From positions 1 to 55,767 of the IMG/VR virus record IMGVR_UViG_3300031973_001744: 55,767 nt of DNA; one strand, written 5' to 3'. The notes under the pieces are model-generated. The model was not told the DNA's origin and searched no databases. It saw nothing but the letters and a program-made list of their open reading frames with translations. Below, in pieces: positions 20,131 through 30,043 of the stretch; positions within the stretch are counted from its first letter, which is position 1; every line of letters begins with the position of its first letter. This stretch comes from a virus. Lineage: Duplodnaviria; Caudoviricetes. Made by a program: the position numbers and the translations under genes.

Positions 20131-22964
20131 TGGCTATTCAAGGTGCTATATATCATGATTATAAAGTTAGTGTATCTAATCTAGTATTTTATTCTTTTAA
20201 TGAATTATTAATAGTAGAAAATGAAAACGATACAGATGATGCATTATTAATAGGATTTTCAATAATTATAGTACCTAACGATAGTAGACTGCCAATACAA
20301 ACTCTTGAATATGGTGAAGATCCATCTAATTCAGCCTTTATAAATAATATCAATAAAGATGCAATCCGTAAGGAGATGGATAGAAGATTAGCGCGTGAAT
20401 ATACTAATAATTTTTTAGAAAAATTTGGCAATTCTCAAGTTATAGGAGTAGAAGAGGTATATAAAAAAGTATTAAATATATTAATAGAGAGACTATCTAC
20501 AGTAGGTATATCTTTTACAACAGCTGGAGAGGGTGATGTGTGGTATCCTCCTACTACATTTCCAATACTTGGAATGACTATGCCTGGAGATGAAAAACTA
20601 AATTATCAATACGAACTACAGTATCTTAATGGAAGTAGTATTACACTTGATACTATAGCTCAAAGTTATTATAATGATGGAGATTTTTACGGATTTTATG
20701 ATACCACTATTCCAACTCCTATTCAATATAATAATATTATTAGATCCGACTTTTCTAATAAACCAAATATAATTCAACCACAAATTAATAAAGTTGAATC
20801 GCCAACTGAATTAGATAATGAATTGCAAGTACAGCAAAACCAAGCTGCTGTATTTGAAGGTGAATTAAATACTACAGGAATAGATATAATTAACAATCCT
20901 ATACCTGATAATGTTGAATATACTGAAAATATAGTTAATATACCTAGTCAAATAACTACTGGTAATAATATAACTGAAACACTAGATAACAGTAAAAAAA
21001 TAAAAAGAAGAAAACCAAAAAATAAAAAAAGAAGACAAAGAGCCGAACCTAACAATGAAATAGCAGAAAATAATTTATTAGAGGTTCAAGAAGAAAATAC
21101 ACGTAAAAGTGAGGTAAATATAATAAAGAAAAAAGTTAAAGGAAGAGTTATTGACTCTGTAAGCTTAAAACCTATTTCAGCTGAGATTATTTATTCATTA
21201 CAAACTATTAATGAAGTACAAGTAAGTTCAGAGGTAAATAACGAACCTATTATTGAAGAAAATACTTTTAACTTTCGTCTTCAAGTAAATTTAGTAAGAC
21301 CAAATACTAATGAAACTGAAAGCGGGTTAACTCTTGAAGAAGAAGCTATATTAAGACAGACAAACGTATTTTCAGGTAGAAGAAGAACAGGTATACCAGG
21401 CGGGACAGTTTATATAATAGACGAAAATAATAAAATAGTTAAATCCATTAAAGCTAATCTAGAAGGTAAAATAAATACAGTAATTAATCTTCCGATAAGA
21501 ATGTTTAGCGATGAATCTAATTTTACTAAATTTAGATTATTATTTAGAGGAATAGGAACTCAGACTATTTTTGAACATATTAAATATATTAATCCTAACG
21601 ATTTAGGTCAAGCTGGGAAATCAATTAATGATAAAATATACGGTGACTTAGCACTATATCCTATATCGTCAAATTCAAATTCCTTTACAAGAGATACACC
21701 TAATGGAGAGAGAGTATCAAGAATAATAGATTTTCTCTCCCTACCTGAGGTATCCGGAACAATTGATAGGCTTAGTATACAAACCGATACACCAATACTA
21801 GATGGATCTCCTAATTTTATCGAAACCAGTGTACCTAATCCCGATGAAAATCCAAATTTTAATGATATTCCAGGTATACAAATTGGAGATAAAAAAATAA
21901 TTGCTTTTACAGCAAAAACTGATAAAAAAGGTAGATTTTCTTTAAAATTTGGTACTTCATACAATACTATACCTAATACTATTATTATATCAAAAGAAGG
22001 TTATAGTAGAAAAACAATTAACGTTGTATTAAAAGATGGAACTAAAAAAACTAATTTAGGGGATATTAAACTTATTAATGAAACTCTTAATTTAGAAAAA
22101 GATATTGAAAATGCTAAACTAGAATTATCACCTAATAAAATACGTAAAAAAGTACCTAAATTTGATAAACAAACAAGAGAAATAAATCAAAGTAAAAAAA
22201 GAGCTCAATTTTTAGAATCTTTAATACAAAGATTAGTTCCAACTGCTTTAAGATTAGGTGCAAAGTTTGGGATATCTAAATTAGAAGATATGTCAAAAGA
22301 TAATATTGTAAATGATAATACTAAATGTCCTACACCGAATGAATTAGATGATATTATACGGAGAAGAAATAATTTAGCTGATAAAATTAATAGTACTTAT
22401 AAAATAATTAATACCACAACAATTGCTTTAGGTATTTCACAAACATTAATCTCAACTATTAATATACTATTAAATACTTTACAAGGTATACCTATACCGT
22501 TAGGAGCTCCTTTAGGAGTAGGAGTCCCTGCTAATGTAGTTACTACTATATCATCTAGAATAGAAGATAAAAAAAGAACTTTAGATAAATTAAGTGGTAT
22601 AAATACTGGTATATTATTATTTTTAGCTATTTTAGGTAATATATTACAAATAATTCTTAAATTATTATCAAATGTAGATAAATTAGTAGATAAATGTGCT
22701 AAAGATCAACAATTAACTCCTATTAATCCTGATCTATTAAGATTATTAGAAACTCCAGAAGAAACGGATGAAGAATTTCAAAATTTTACATTTGAAATAG
22801 AAACCGAAAAAACTACTAATGAATATAAAAGGAGAAGAGCTATTGCAAAAGATATTAATAATGTAGTAGTATTAAAGGGAGAATTTTCATTTGCAGCGGA
22901 TACTAAAATATTAATAGATGAATTAAAATTCTTTATTAGAGAAAATAATTTAAAATCACAATAA
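20130..22964 (+). CDS. Large baseplate-region protein with carboxypeptidase-regulatory-like segments and helical C-terminus
   Basis: VKGRVIDS...KPI, TDKKGRFSL and ISKEGY motifs; hydrophobic helices near the C-terminus. Confidence 0.5.
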   Translation: MAIQGAIYHDYKVSVSNLVFYSFNELLIVENENDTDDALLIGFSIIIVPNDSRLPIQTLEYGEDPSNSAFINNINKDAIRKEMDRRLAREYTNNFLEKFGNSQVIGVEEVYKKVLNILIERLSTVGISFTTAGEGDVWYPPTTFPILGMTMPGDEKLNYQYELQYLNGSSITLDTIAQSYYNDGDFYGFYDTTIPTPIQYNNIIRSDFSNKPNIIQPQINKVESPTELDNELQVQQNQAAVFEGELNTTGIDIINNPIPDNVEYTENIVNIPSQITTGNNITETLDNSKKIKRRKPKNKKRRQRAEPNNEIAENNLLEVQEENTRKSEVNIIKKKVKGRVIDSVSLKPISAEIIYSLQTINEVQVSSEVNNEPIIEENTFNFRLQVNLVRPNTNETESGLTLEEEAILRQTNVFSGRRRTGIPGGTVYIIDENNKIVKSIKANLEGKINTVINLPIRMFSDESNFTKFRLLFRGIGTQTIFEHIKYINPNDLGQAGKSINDKIYGDLALYPISSNSNSFTRDTPNGERVSRIIDFLSLPEVSGTIDRLSIQTDTPILDGSPNFIETSVPNPDENPNFNDIPGIQIGDKKIIAFTAKTDKKGRFSLKFGTSYNTIPNTIIISKEGYSRKTINVVLKDGTKKTNLGDIKLINETLNLEKDIENAKLELSPNKIRKKVPKFDKQTREINQSKKRAQFLESLIQRLVPTALRLGAKFGISKLEDMSKDNIVNDNTKCPTPNELDDIIRRRNNLADKINSTYKIINTTTIALGISQTLISTINILLNTLQGIPIPLGAPLGVGVPANVVTTISSRIEDKKRTLDKLSGINTGILLFLAILGNILQIILKLLSNVDKLVDKCAKDQQLTPINPDLLRLLETPEETDEEFQNFTFEIETEKTTNEYKRRRAIAKDINNVVVLKGEFSFAADTKILIDELKFFIRENNLKSQ

Positions 22965-22967
22965 CAA

Positions 22968-22975
22968 TATTTATA
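22968..22975 (+). promoter_or_regulatory. Putative late promoter TATTTATA
   Basis: ATATTTATAATAATAAGATTTATG, nearly identical to the leader of the 26854 gene. Confidence 0.55.
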
Positions 22976-22987
22976 ATAATAAGATTT

Positions 22988-23329
22988 ATGAAAAGTACAA
23001 CATTTAAAAAAATAATTAAAGAGTGTGTAAGAGAAGTATTTAGGGATGAATTGAAAGATATTCTTTTGGAATCTTTAAAAAACAATAACTCTAACCCTAC
23101 TATAACTGAATCAGTAACTATACCTCAACCTACTTTAACATCAAAACCTAATCCTAAATCTTTAATAAATAAAAGACAAGCATATATGGATGTTATAGGT
23201 GAGACAGCAATGTCTTTTAATTCAAATGATGTACAAAAATTTAATCCTCAAGGAGTTGATCCTATTAGCGGTAATATGCCTGAAGGTGAGGTTTCTTTAG
23301 ATCAAATCACTAACTTAATTAGTAAGTAA
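22988..23329 (+). CDS. Hypothetical protein with KKIIKE leader
   Basis: Begins MKSTTFKKIIKECVREVFRDELKDILLE; lies just upstream of the gp25-like gene. Confidence 0.6.
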   Translation: MKSTTFKKIIKECVREVFRDELKDILLESLKNNNSNPTITESVTIPQPTLTSKPNPKSLINKRQAYMDVIGETAMSFNSNDVQKFNPQGVDPISGNMPEGEVSLDQITNLISK

Positions 23330-23733
23330 TGGCATACGGTGGAAAAAATATTAATTTTAATGATTTAAATAAAAATTCTTACATTGGATTTGGTTTTCCT
23401 TTTAATGTACCAGGAGTGTTTAGACAGACTGATATGTCAAAAGACTCTATTAAAGCAAACCTACTTAATTTTTTCCTTACTAATCCAGGTGAAAGATATA
23501 TGAATACAGATTTTGGTGGTGGACTAAGACAGTTTATATTTGAACAACTCCAAAATAATACTGTAGATAGTGTTAAAGGTTATATTATTAGTAAGCTGGG
23601 ACAATTTTTTCCCAACATAAAAGTGCGTAAGTTAGAAGCTATTCCTGACTTTAATCGAAATCAAATTACAATAAAATTTTCTTATTTTATATCTAATACT
23701 GGTGAAAGTGATAGAGTTTTTATAACATTATAA
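23329..23733 (+). CDS. Baseplate wedge subunit gp25/gpW-like
   Basis: IKANLLNFFLTNPGERYMNTDFGGGLRQFIFE is the typical gp25/GPW signature. Confidence 0.9.
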   Translation: MAYGGKNINFNDLNKNSYIGFGFPFNVPGVFRQTDMSKDSIKANLLNFFLTNPGERYMNTDFGGGLRQFIFEQLQNNTVDSVKGYIISKLGQFFPNIKVRKLEAIPDFNRNQITIKFSYFISNTGESDRVFITL

Positions 23734-23734
23734 T

Positions 23735-25621
23735 ATGCCAACATATAATTCAAATAATAATAGTAGTAAAATCATTAGATACCTAAATAAAGATTTTGGT
23801 AGCTTTTTAAATGATCTAACTACATTTTCTCGAACGTATTTTCCTAATACATTTACTGATTTTAGTCCAGCCTCTCCAGCTAGAATATTTATGGAGATGT
23901 CTGCCTATGTTGGTGATGTTTTAGCTTTTTATCTTGATAATCAAATACAAGAAAACTTTTTATTATTAGCAAGACAATCCGATAACATATATCAAGCTGC
24001 ATATATGTATGGTTATAAACCTAAATTAAGCAACGCAGCTAGCGGTGATTTAAATATATTTCAACAAATACCAGCTATTTTTGATGGTACACAATATGTT
24101 CCAGATTATAGCTATACAATTAAAGTTCCTCAATATACTAGCGTTAGAACAGGAGCAGGAAACGAAGCATATAGATTTTATACTTTAAATGATTTAGATT
24201 TTTCAGTTTCATCATCAATAGATCCAACTGAACTAACAGTATACGAGATAGACGGATCAGGTAATCCAATATTTTTCTTATTAAAGAAAACAACAAAAAT
24301 TACCTCAGGTAATATAGTTACTAGAACACTTCAATTTAATGAATATGAAGAATTTCCAAGTAGAGATATATCTGCTCCTACATTTCTTAATATGATAGAT
24401 GTTATTGATTCGGATGGTAATGTTTATTATGAAGTTGATTATTTAGGACAGGAAACTATTTTTAGAAAAGAACCAAATAAAAATTATTTAGATCCTAATA
24501 AAACACAAAATATAGATGATGCACCATATGTATTATCAGCTATAAAAAGTGAAAGAAGATATATTTTAAGAGTGATTGATAGTAATACTATTAGATTACA
24601 ATTTGGTTCAGGAAGATATAGCTCTGGAGATGATGAAGACATAATTCCTAATCAAAATAATGTAGGTTTAGGATTACCATATGAGCAAAATAGATTAACT
24701 ACTGCATATTCTCCGCAAAATTTTATATTTACTAACAGTTACGGTATTGCACCATCTAATACAACTATACAAATAAGAATGTTTGCTGGTGGAGGTATAC
24801 AGACTAATTCACCTGCAAATTCTATAAATATTATTGATGCAACATTAGTTAGATTTAATAATGTACCTCCTGTTTCAACTACAGCTAATTATGTTATTAA
24901 TAGTTTATCATGCAATAATCCAGATGCATTAACAGGTGGAAGAGGAGGTGATACACTTGCAGAAATTAAAGAAAATAGTTTATCAAGTTACGGTTCACAA
25001 CTACGAACAGTTACATTAGATGATTATATTATACGAGCTTTATCTTTACCATCAATATATGGACGAATCGGTAAAGTATATGCGCAAAAACCTCAACTAT
25101 CTGATCAACAAACATCTACGATTGAAACTGTTAATCTATATGTTTTAGGAGAAAATGCGGAAGGAAGACTTACTTATTTAACTAATACAGTTAAAGAAAA
25201 TATCAGAACCTATCTAAATGAATATAAAATGGTAGGTGATACAGTCGAGATACGAGATGCATATATTATTAATATTGGAGTAGATTTCGAAATTATTACT
25301 CAACCAAATTATAATGCTAATATTGTATTAAGTCAATGTATTATTAGAATTAATGAATATTTTGATTTAGATAAATGGAATATTAATCAACCTATAGAAA
25401 TACGTAATTTATATAATTTATTAGATAGAGTAGAAGGAGTTCAAACAGTTAATAATATAGAAATAACTAATAAAGTTGGAGAGGATTTAGGATATAGTCA
25501 ATATAGCTATGATATACATGGTGCTACTATTAATAGAGTAGTATATCCAGCATTAGATCCGTGTATTTTTGAAGTAAGATTCCCTAGAAATGATATTAGA
25601 GGAAAGGTAGTAAGTTTTTAA
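23735..25621 (+). CDS. Baseplate wedge subunit gp6/baseplate J-like
   Basis: DF...MSAYVGDVLAFYLD...YGYKP; QFGSG; GGRGGDTL...QLRTVTLDDY; LDRVEGV. Confidence 0.88.
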   Translation: MPTYNSNNNSSKIIRYLNKDFGSFLNDLTTFSRTYFPNTFTDFSPASPARIFMEMSAYVGDVLAFYLDNQIQENFLLLARQSDNIYQAAYMYGYKPKLSNAASGDLNIFQQIPAIFDGTQYVPDYSYTIKVPQYTSVRTGAGNEAYRFYTLNDLDFSVSSSIDPTELTVYEIDGSGNPIFFLLKKTTKITSGNIVTRTLQFNEYEEFPSRDISAPTFLNMIDVIDSDGNVYYEVDYLGQETIFRKEPNKNYLDPNKTQNIDDAPYVLSAIKSERRYILRVIDSNTIRLQFGSGRYSSGDDEDIIPNQNNVGLGLPYEQNRLTTAYSPQNFIFTNSYGIAPSNTTIQIRMFAGGGIQTNSPANSINIIDATLVRFNNVPPVSTTANYVINSLSCNNPDALTGGRGGDTLAEIKENSLSSYGSQLRTVTLDDYIIRALSLPSIYGRIGKVYAQKPQLSDQQTSTIETVNLYVLGENAEGRLTYLTNTVKENIRTYLNEYKMVGDTVEIRDAYIINIGVDFEIITQPNYNANIVLSQCIIRINEYFDLDKWNINQPIEIRNLYNLLDRVEGVQTVNNIEITNKVGEDLGYSQYSYDIHGATINRVVYPALDPCIFEVRFPRNDIRGKVVSF

Positions 25622-26278
25622 TTAAATACCTATTACTTTTAAATTATCAAAAGCACGTTTAAATCCAAAGATTTGTGCTTTATAATCAGATTGATCGTCA
25701 GAATTAAGCTTAGACCATTGATCTTTAGTATCTATAACTTTATTTATTAATGTTTTCCAATCAGTATCTAGCAATAGAGACTCTGCTCTCTCCTTATATT
25801 CTATAGCTTGATCGATATCAAAGAAATCTGCTTCATAATGTAGTAACTCAAAACAGTGATCGTCATCAATGTAATCTAAAGATATATCTAAACCATATTT
25901 AGGTCGTATTTCTAGTAGTTTTCTATAGGTTTTATCAATATCTTTACCCACCGACGACTCTCCTCTTACATATCTTTCTATTTGATCTTTAGCATATCCA
26001 TCATAAGCCATGCGTTGAACTAGCATACAATGATCGGTATATATGCCAAAACCCTCTAAATCCATGGAAAACCACTCAATTTGACAGGCTTTATGGTATT
26101 GTTGGTCTAATCCTATGTTAATTCCATTGATTTTATAGAATTCCTGCTCTAATTTGTTTAATTCATACCCATCTTTATCAAAATACGCGTTAGAAGTAGT
26201 TTGAAATGTGATATAATCAAGTGGTTTAGTAATATAGGGTCTCCTATAGAATGTATTGTCAAGAACTTGTATTTTCAT
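25622..26278 (-). CDS. Hypothetical protein
   Basis: 218-aa ORF, tail-to-tail with the gp6-like gene and no gap. Confidence 0.7.
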   Translation of the reverse strand: MKIQVLDNTFYRRPYITKPLDYITFQTTSNAYFDKDGYELNKLEQEFYKINGINIGLDQQYHKACQIEWFSMDLEGFGIYTDHCMLVQRMAYDGYAKDQIERYVRGESSVGKDIDKTYRKLLEIRPKYGLDISLDYIDDDHCFELLHYEADFFDIDQAIEYKERAESLLLDTDWKTLINKVIDTKDQWSKLNSDDQSDYKAQIFGFKRAFDNLKVIGI

Positions 26279-26292
26279 TAAATTTAGTGTTT

Positions 26293-26619
26293 TTACCTTT
26301 GTTTTAAGCGTACTTCTAGGTGAGAAGGTATAAGACTATCATATTCCTTAAATTCTTCATTAGAGAAAGGGATAAATTCATTATTCTGTACTTTTCCCAC
26401 AATAGTTGATATAACAGCTTTACCGGTTAATAAGAAAACCATTTCATATACTGTATAATCATCTATTTTTCTTTCTATAATAGATACTTTATCAGCTACC
26501 ATAGGAAGATAGGTCATATCTTCTACATCAAGATTATTAATTTTAATATCTAGATTATCAGTAGGTTGAAACTCTAGATCGGTCCCGTAATACTGGTTAA
26601 ATATTTCTACAGGCTCCAT
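26293..26619 (-). CDS. Hypothetical protein
   Basis: Likely start MEPVEIF at 26619, right after the upstream stop (the track start overlaps the upstream gene). Confidence 0.6.
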   Translation of the reverse strand: MEPVEIFNQYYGTDLEFQPTDNLDIKINNLDVEDMTYLPMVADKVSIIERKIDDYTVYEMVFLLTGKAVISTIVGKVQNNEFIPFSNEEFKEYDSLIPSHLEVRLKQR

Positions 26620-26620
26620 A

Positions 26621-26854
26621 TTAATATTCAAATTTAGCTCCTTTACCTTTATATTCATATCCTCCATCAGGATATTCAGCAGCTATTTTTTCATCTGCTT
26701 CTTCTCTATCTTTTGCTTTAATGACCATTCTAGTCATTCCGAATTCATTTTTTGGAATAGTATAATGGAATAATCTTTTACCTTCTTTTATAGAATCCTC
26801 CTCAGATAAAAGTGGGTTATTTTTTAAATATTTTTTATAGTTAAAATTATCCAT
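26621..26854 (-). CDS. Small protein with NFNYKKY..NNPLL.E leader
   Basis: Leader shared with 27912..28565; TATTTATA upstream at 26866-26873. Confidence 0.65.
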   Translation of the reverse strand: MDNFNYKKYLKNNPLLSEEDSIKEGKRLFHYTIPKNEFGMTRMVIKAKDREEADEKIAAEYPDGGYEYKGKGAKFEY

Positions 26855-26881
26855 AATCTTATTATTATAAATATATTTTTT

Positions 26882-27397
26882 TTATTTTAAAAATGCTACC
26901 ATTAATTTACCATCATAGGTAACATCACTAACAGGTAATTGCTTTTTAATATATGCTGAATAAAGGTTAGCCCGTCTATCATCACCAAAATCAGATTTAG
27001 CAGGAAATACTAACATTTTTTTAATACCTTTTTCCTTATAATCAATATCATTTAGGAATTCTTTGGTAGCTTTTACAATAGTAGCCATAATTCTAAATAA
27101 TCTACCCTTATTTACAACACGATCAGCTCTATCTTCGTATCCATATTCATCTACTGTAGTAAAGTCAACTTTAAAATATGGTCCTCTTCCTTCTGCATTT
27201 GAATGATTTCCATAATACGCAGCAAAGCTTACTATATAATCATCTCCATCTTCTGTTGTGAAGGTAACATCTCTACCTGCCACATTTTTAGAGCTGCCTC
27301 TGAAGACATTATCATTTACACTATAAGAATACGGATTAGCAGATCCTTCTCCAACTTCAGATATAATTTCTTTTAATATGTTGGTAAGTTTAATCAT
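26882..27397 (-). CDS. Leader-bearing hypothetical protein, paralog A
   Basis: Begins MIKLTNILKEIISEVGEG; clear paralog of 27394..27909. Confidence 0.75.
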   Translation of the reverse strand: MIKLTNILKEIISEVGEGSANPYSYSVNDNVFRGSSKNVAGRDVTFTTEDGDDYIVSFAAYYGNHSNAEGRGPYFKVDFTTVDEYGYEDRADRVVNKGRLFRIMATIVKATKEFLNDIDYKEKGIKKMLVFPAKSDFGDDRRANLYSAYIKKQLPVSDVTYDGKLMVAFLK

Positions 27398-27909
27398 TTT
27401 AATATTGCTATAATTTCATCACCATCATAATTGATTCTTTTAATAGGTAAATGCTTCTTTATATATGCCATATAAAGATTAGCACGTCTATCATCATAAT
27501 AGCCTTCTGTTTTCGTTGGTGATATTATTAATTGATCAATATAATTTTCCTTATAATCGACTAGATCCATGAATTCTTTAGCTATCTGTACAATAGTAGC
27601 CATTACTCTGAATAATCGTCCTTTATTTACAACAGTCTCTGCATCATTAAATCCTGAAAGTTCATCTGTAAGATAAAAGTCTATTGTAAAGTGATTACCT
27701 ACCTCTTTTGCCCAATAATTATCACCCCAATATGCATTTAACTGTACTTCATATCTATCACCATCCTCTGTTGTAAAGGAAGCAGTATCATATGCTGCAT
27801 TACCCTGCTGACCTCTTTGTATACCATGTCTAGAAGTATAGCTGTAAGGTTTAGCTGTACCTTCTCCAACTTCAGAGATAATTTCTTTTATAAGAGGAAA
27901 TAGTTTCAT
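27394..27909 (-). CDS. Leader-bearing hypothetical protein, paralog B
   Basis: Begins MKLFPLIKEIISEVGEG; shares FTTEDGD, VVNKGRLFR.MATIV and DDRRANLY.AYIKK with paralog A. Confidence 0.75.
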   Translation of the reverse strand: MKLFPLIKEIISEVGEGTAKPYSYTSRHGIQRGQQGNAAYDTASFTTEDGDRYEVQLNAYWGDNYWAKEVGNHFTIDFYLTDELSGFNDAETVVNKGRLFRVMATIVQIAKEFMDLVDYKENYIDQLIISPTKTEGYYDDRRANLYMAYIKKHLPIKRINYDGDEIIAILK

Positions 27910-27911
27910 GA

Positions 27912-28565
27912 TTAATCAACGTCAACACCGCGCTCAAGACCATCAATAATATTTTCTAAAGTAACATCATATCTATTAGATGATGTTCCAAAATCAAGAG
28001 CACCATATGCTTCCGCACGAGAATGAGCAGTTGGAAAATAACTACTTAGTAATTCATTGGCTTCTCTAGACATATATTTTAGATCCTCAAGAATATCTCT
28101 AAGTTTATCTAAGGCTTCAGTTCTATCTTCAACCTCATTTACTTTTTTCTTCCCTTTTTTATCAGTATCATAAATATGGTCTGGGGCCATACCTAATTTA
28201 ATAGCCGCTGATCTTACACCGGGTCTTACTTCTTTTCTTTCTTCCTCATCTAAAGCTCCTTCTTCAAAAACAACAGCTCCTCCAAGATCATAAGTATAAA
28301 CAGCGTAACCGGTGTTCGGATCCTCAACAGCAATCGCTTCAGTATCAGGATCGATATCCTTAGTTACCTTTTCAACATCATATTTTTTAAGATCTCCAAG
28401 AGTACCGGTAGTAATTACAGTAAACTCCTTATCATCAAATCTAGTTGCAATATCTCCAGCAGCTACATTTCCAATTGGAGTAACTTTTCTAGGTGTAGTA
28501 TCCGCCTCAGCTAATAAAGGGTTATTACTTACATATTTTTTATAGTTAAAATTCGTGTCGCTCAT
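27912..28565 (-). CDS. Modular acidic protein with NFNYKKY..NNPLLAE leader
   Basis: Segments separated by LAE|, FEEGALDEE and VNE|. Confidence 0.7.
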   Translation of the reverse strand: MSDTNFNYKKYVSNNPLLAEADTTPRKVTPIGNVAAGDIATRFDDKEFTVITTGTLGDLKKYDVEKVTKDIDPDTEAIAVEDPNTGYAVYTYDLGGAVVFEEGALDEEERKEVRPGVRSAAIKLGMAPDHIYDTDKKGKKKVNEVEDRTEALDKLRDILEDLKYMSREANELLSSYFPTAHSRAEAYGALDFGTSSNRYDVTLENIIDGLERGVDVD

Positions 28566-28598
28566 AATTTTTTTAATTCGTTAGTTATATATATTCCT

Positions 28599-29756
28599 TT
28601 ACCCTAATTTACTAATTATCTCGTAAATATTTCCTTTATGGGCATCTTGCAAAGCTATAATAGCTCTTTTGATAGCCTCTTTCTTACCTATCTCTTCTTT
28701 GTCGGCGATTTTATGAATGAGTTTCATTAAATCATCTTGAACCCTTTTTAATCGACCGGCGCTGAATTCTTCTGTCACTGGGTTAGAGTGGTTGTTGGTT
28801 AAAGATTCGGTTTTACCTTCATCTAGTGCACCTTCTCTTTTTTCAAGTTCATCTTCTAATGTACTCATTAATTTATACATTCCACCGGTACCATGAATTT
28901 TATCGGCTAACATTTGTTGTTTATCGGTTCCGTAATATAGAAAATCATTAACAAGAGTAGCGGCATCTTTTAATGTTTTATGCATTCTTTTAATCTCTTG
29001 AGGAGATTTTTGATCTAAAAGACCTTCATCAATAGTTTCTTCTTTAATTACCGGATTACCTTTAATTGCTTGTCTAAATATAGTAATAAAGTTATGAATT
29101 CTCTGACTAATCTCTGATGCTCCTTTACTTAACTGTTCACTACCATCATATCTAATGTCTCTAAGAGTATCAAACATTTCTACAAATTGTTTTTCAAAGT
29201 TTACTAATTCTTCTCTACCTATATCTTGTAGTAAATATTTCATGGTATCCTCATCTGCGGTACCCATTGACTCTAATGCTTCTTTGATATCCATCTTTTT
29301 AATCATATCGATAGCTAAATCTTTGGCTCCTTCTGGGTATAAATGATCGTTTTGATCTTTAAGCTTCTGAACTAAATCTTTAATTGCTTGTTTAATATCT
29401 GCTGTTGACTCTTTAGCTTCTTCAATATCCTCTTTATTAAGTCTTTCTCTTACTTTTTGAGCAATCTTTTCTGCAATAGGTGAAGCTGCACTTGCTTTAG
29501 TTAAATCATCGGCATGCTTTTTAGTAGTCTCTAATTCCTTATTAAGATCTTGTGCTCTCTTAATATCATCTGCATCCGCTTCTGTTTGTAGCTTATCTCT
29601 AAGTTCTTTAGTTTTTTCTAACTCTTGATTCATTTTTTTCTGATTTTCAATATCTTCATCTGAAGCTTCTGGTACAATTAGTTCATGCATCTCTTTGTCT
29701 AATTTCTCTTTCATTTTGCTATAAACTTCTTTCATGATGATTTTTTTGTAGTTCAT
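28599..29756 (-). CDS. Highly charged helical protein rich in hydrophobic-x-Glu sites (scaffold/internal head-like)
   Basis: MNYKKIIMKE leader; IAE, IEE, IKE, IDEG, LDEG, VTEE sites; TATTTAT at 29781-29787. Confidence 0.65.
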   Translation of the reverse strand: MNYKKIIMKEVYSKMKEKLDKEMHELIVPEASDEDIENQKKMNQELEKTKELRDKLQTEADADDIKRAQDLNKELETTKKHADDLTKASAASPIAEKIAQKVRERLNKEDIEEAKESTADIKQAIKDLVQKLKDQNDHLYPEGAKDLAIDMIKKMDIKEALESMGTADEDTMKYLLQDIGREELVNFEKQFVEMFDTLRDIRYDGSEQLSKGASEISQRIHNFITIFRQAIKGNPVIKEETIDEGLLDQKSPQEIKRMHKTLKDAATLVNDFLYYGTDKQQMLADKIHGTGGMYKLMSTLEDELEKREGALDEGKTESLTNNHSNPVTEEFSAGRLKRVQDDLMKLIHKIADKEEIGKKEAIKRAIIALQDAHKGNIYEIISKLG

Positions 29757-29827
29757 TGGAATGCTTTGTTCTTAATATTAATAAATATCTTTTTACTAAG
29801 CTTATTGTTTTATATATTCAATATTTA

Positions 29828-29860
29828 AATATATACCCTATATAACAAGAATATATACCC
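29828..29860. repeat. 11-bp direct repeat AATATATACCC x2
   Basis: Copies at 29828-29838 and 29850-29860 (22-bp period). Confidence 0.65.
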
Positions 29861-29960
29861 GTTTCTATCTCAAAAATCTATCATTTCTATATCCACCACT
29901 CTGGGAAGATTTTTTACGGTTTTACCTCTATATGGAAAAAAACTACATTTTTTGCTTTTT

Positions 29961-30032
29961 CCTAATTTTCCAAGATTTCCGCGTTTTCCTATTTTTCCGA
30001 AATAACCGAGAAAACCAAGATATCCAATATTT
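29961..30032. repeat. Degenerate 9-bp tandem repeat (CC-N7) x8
   Basis: CC at 29961, 29970, 29979, 29988, 29997, 30006, 30015 and 30024; units such as CCTAATTTT, CCAAGATTT, CCAAGATAT, CCAATATTT. Confidence 0.75.
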
Positions 30033-30043
30033 CAGGATATCCT
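30010..30043 (-). terminator. Putative rho-independent terminator
   Basis: Minus strand AGGATATCC-TGAAATATT-GGATATCTT then GGTTTT, about 20 nt after the 30063 stop. Confidence 0.5.

Noticed and set aside
12934-21964. Antisense ORFs 12934+, 13644+, 14946+, 18527-, 19248-, 20189- and 21608-
   Set aside because: They lie opposite well-supported genes, with no motifs or promoter/leader signals.
29870-30028. Collagen-like Gly-X-Y reading of the 9-bp repeat on the minus strand (GYLGFLGYFGKIGKRGNLGKLGK)
   Set aside because: An in-frame TGA lies just upstream, there is no ATG/GTG/TTG start before the repeat, it lacks Pro, and it follows a terminator-like hairpin. Treated as a DNA-level repeat.
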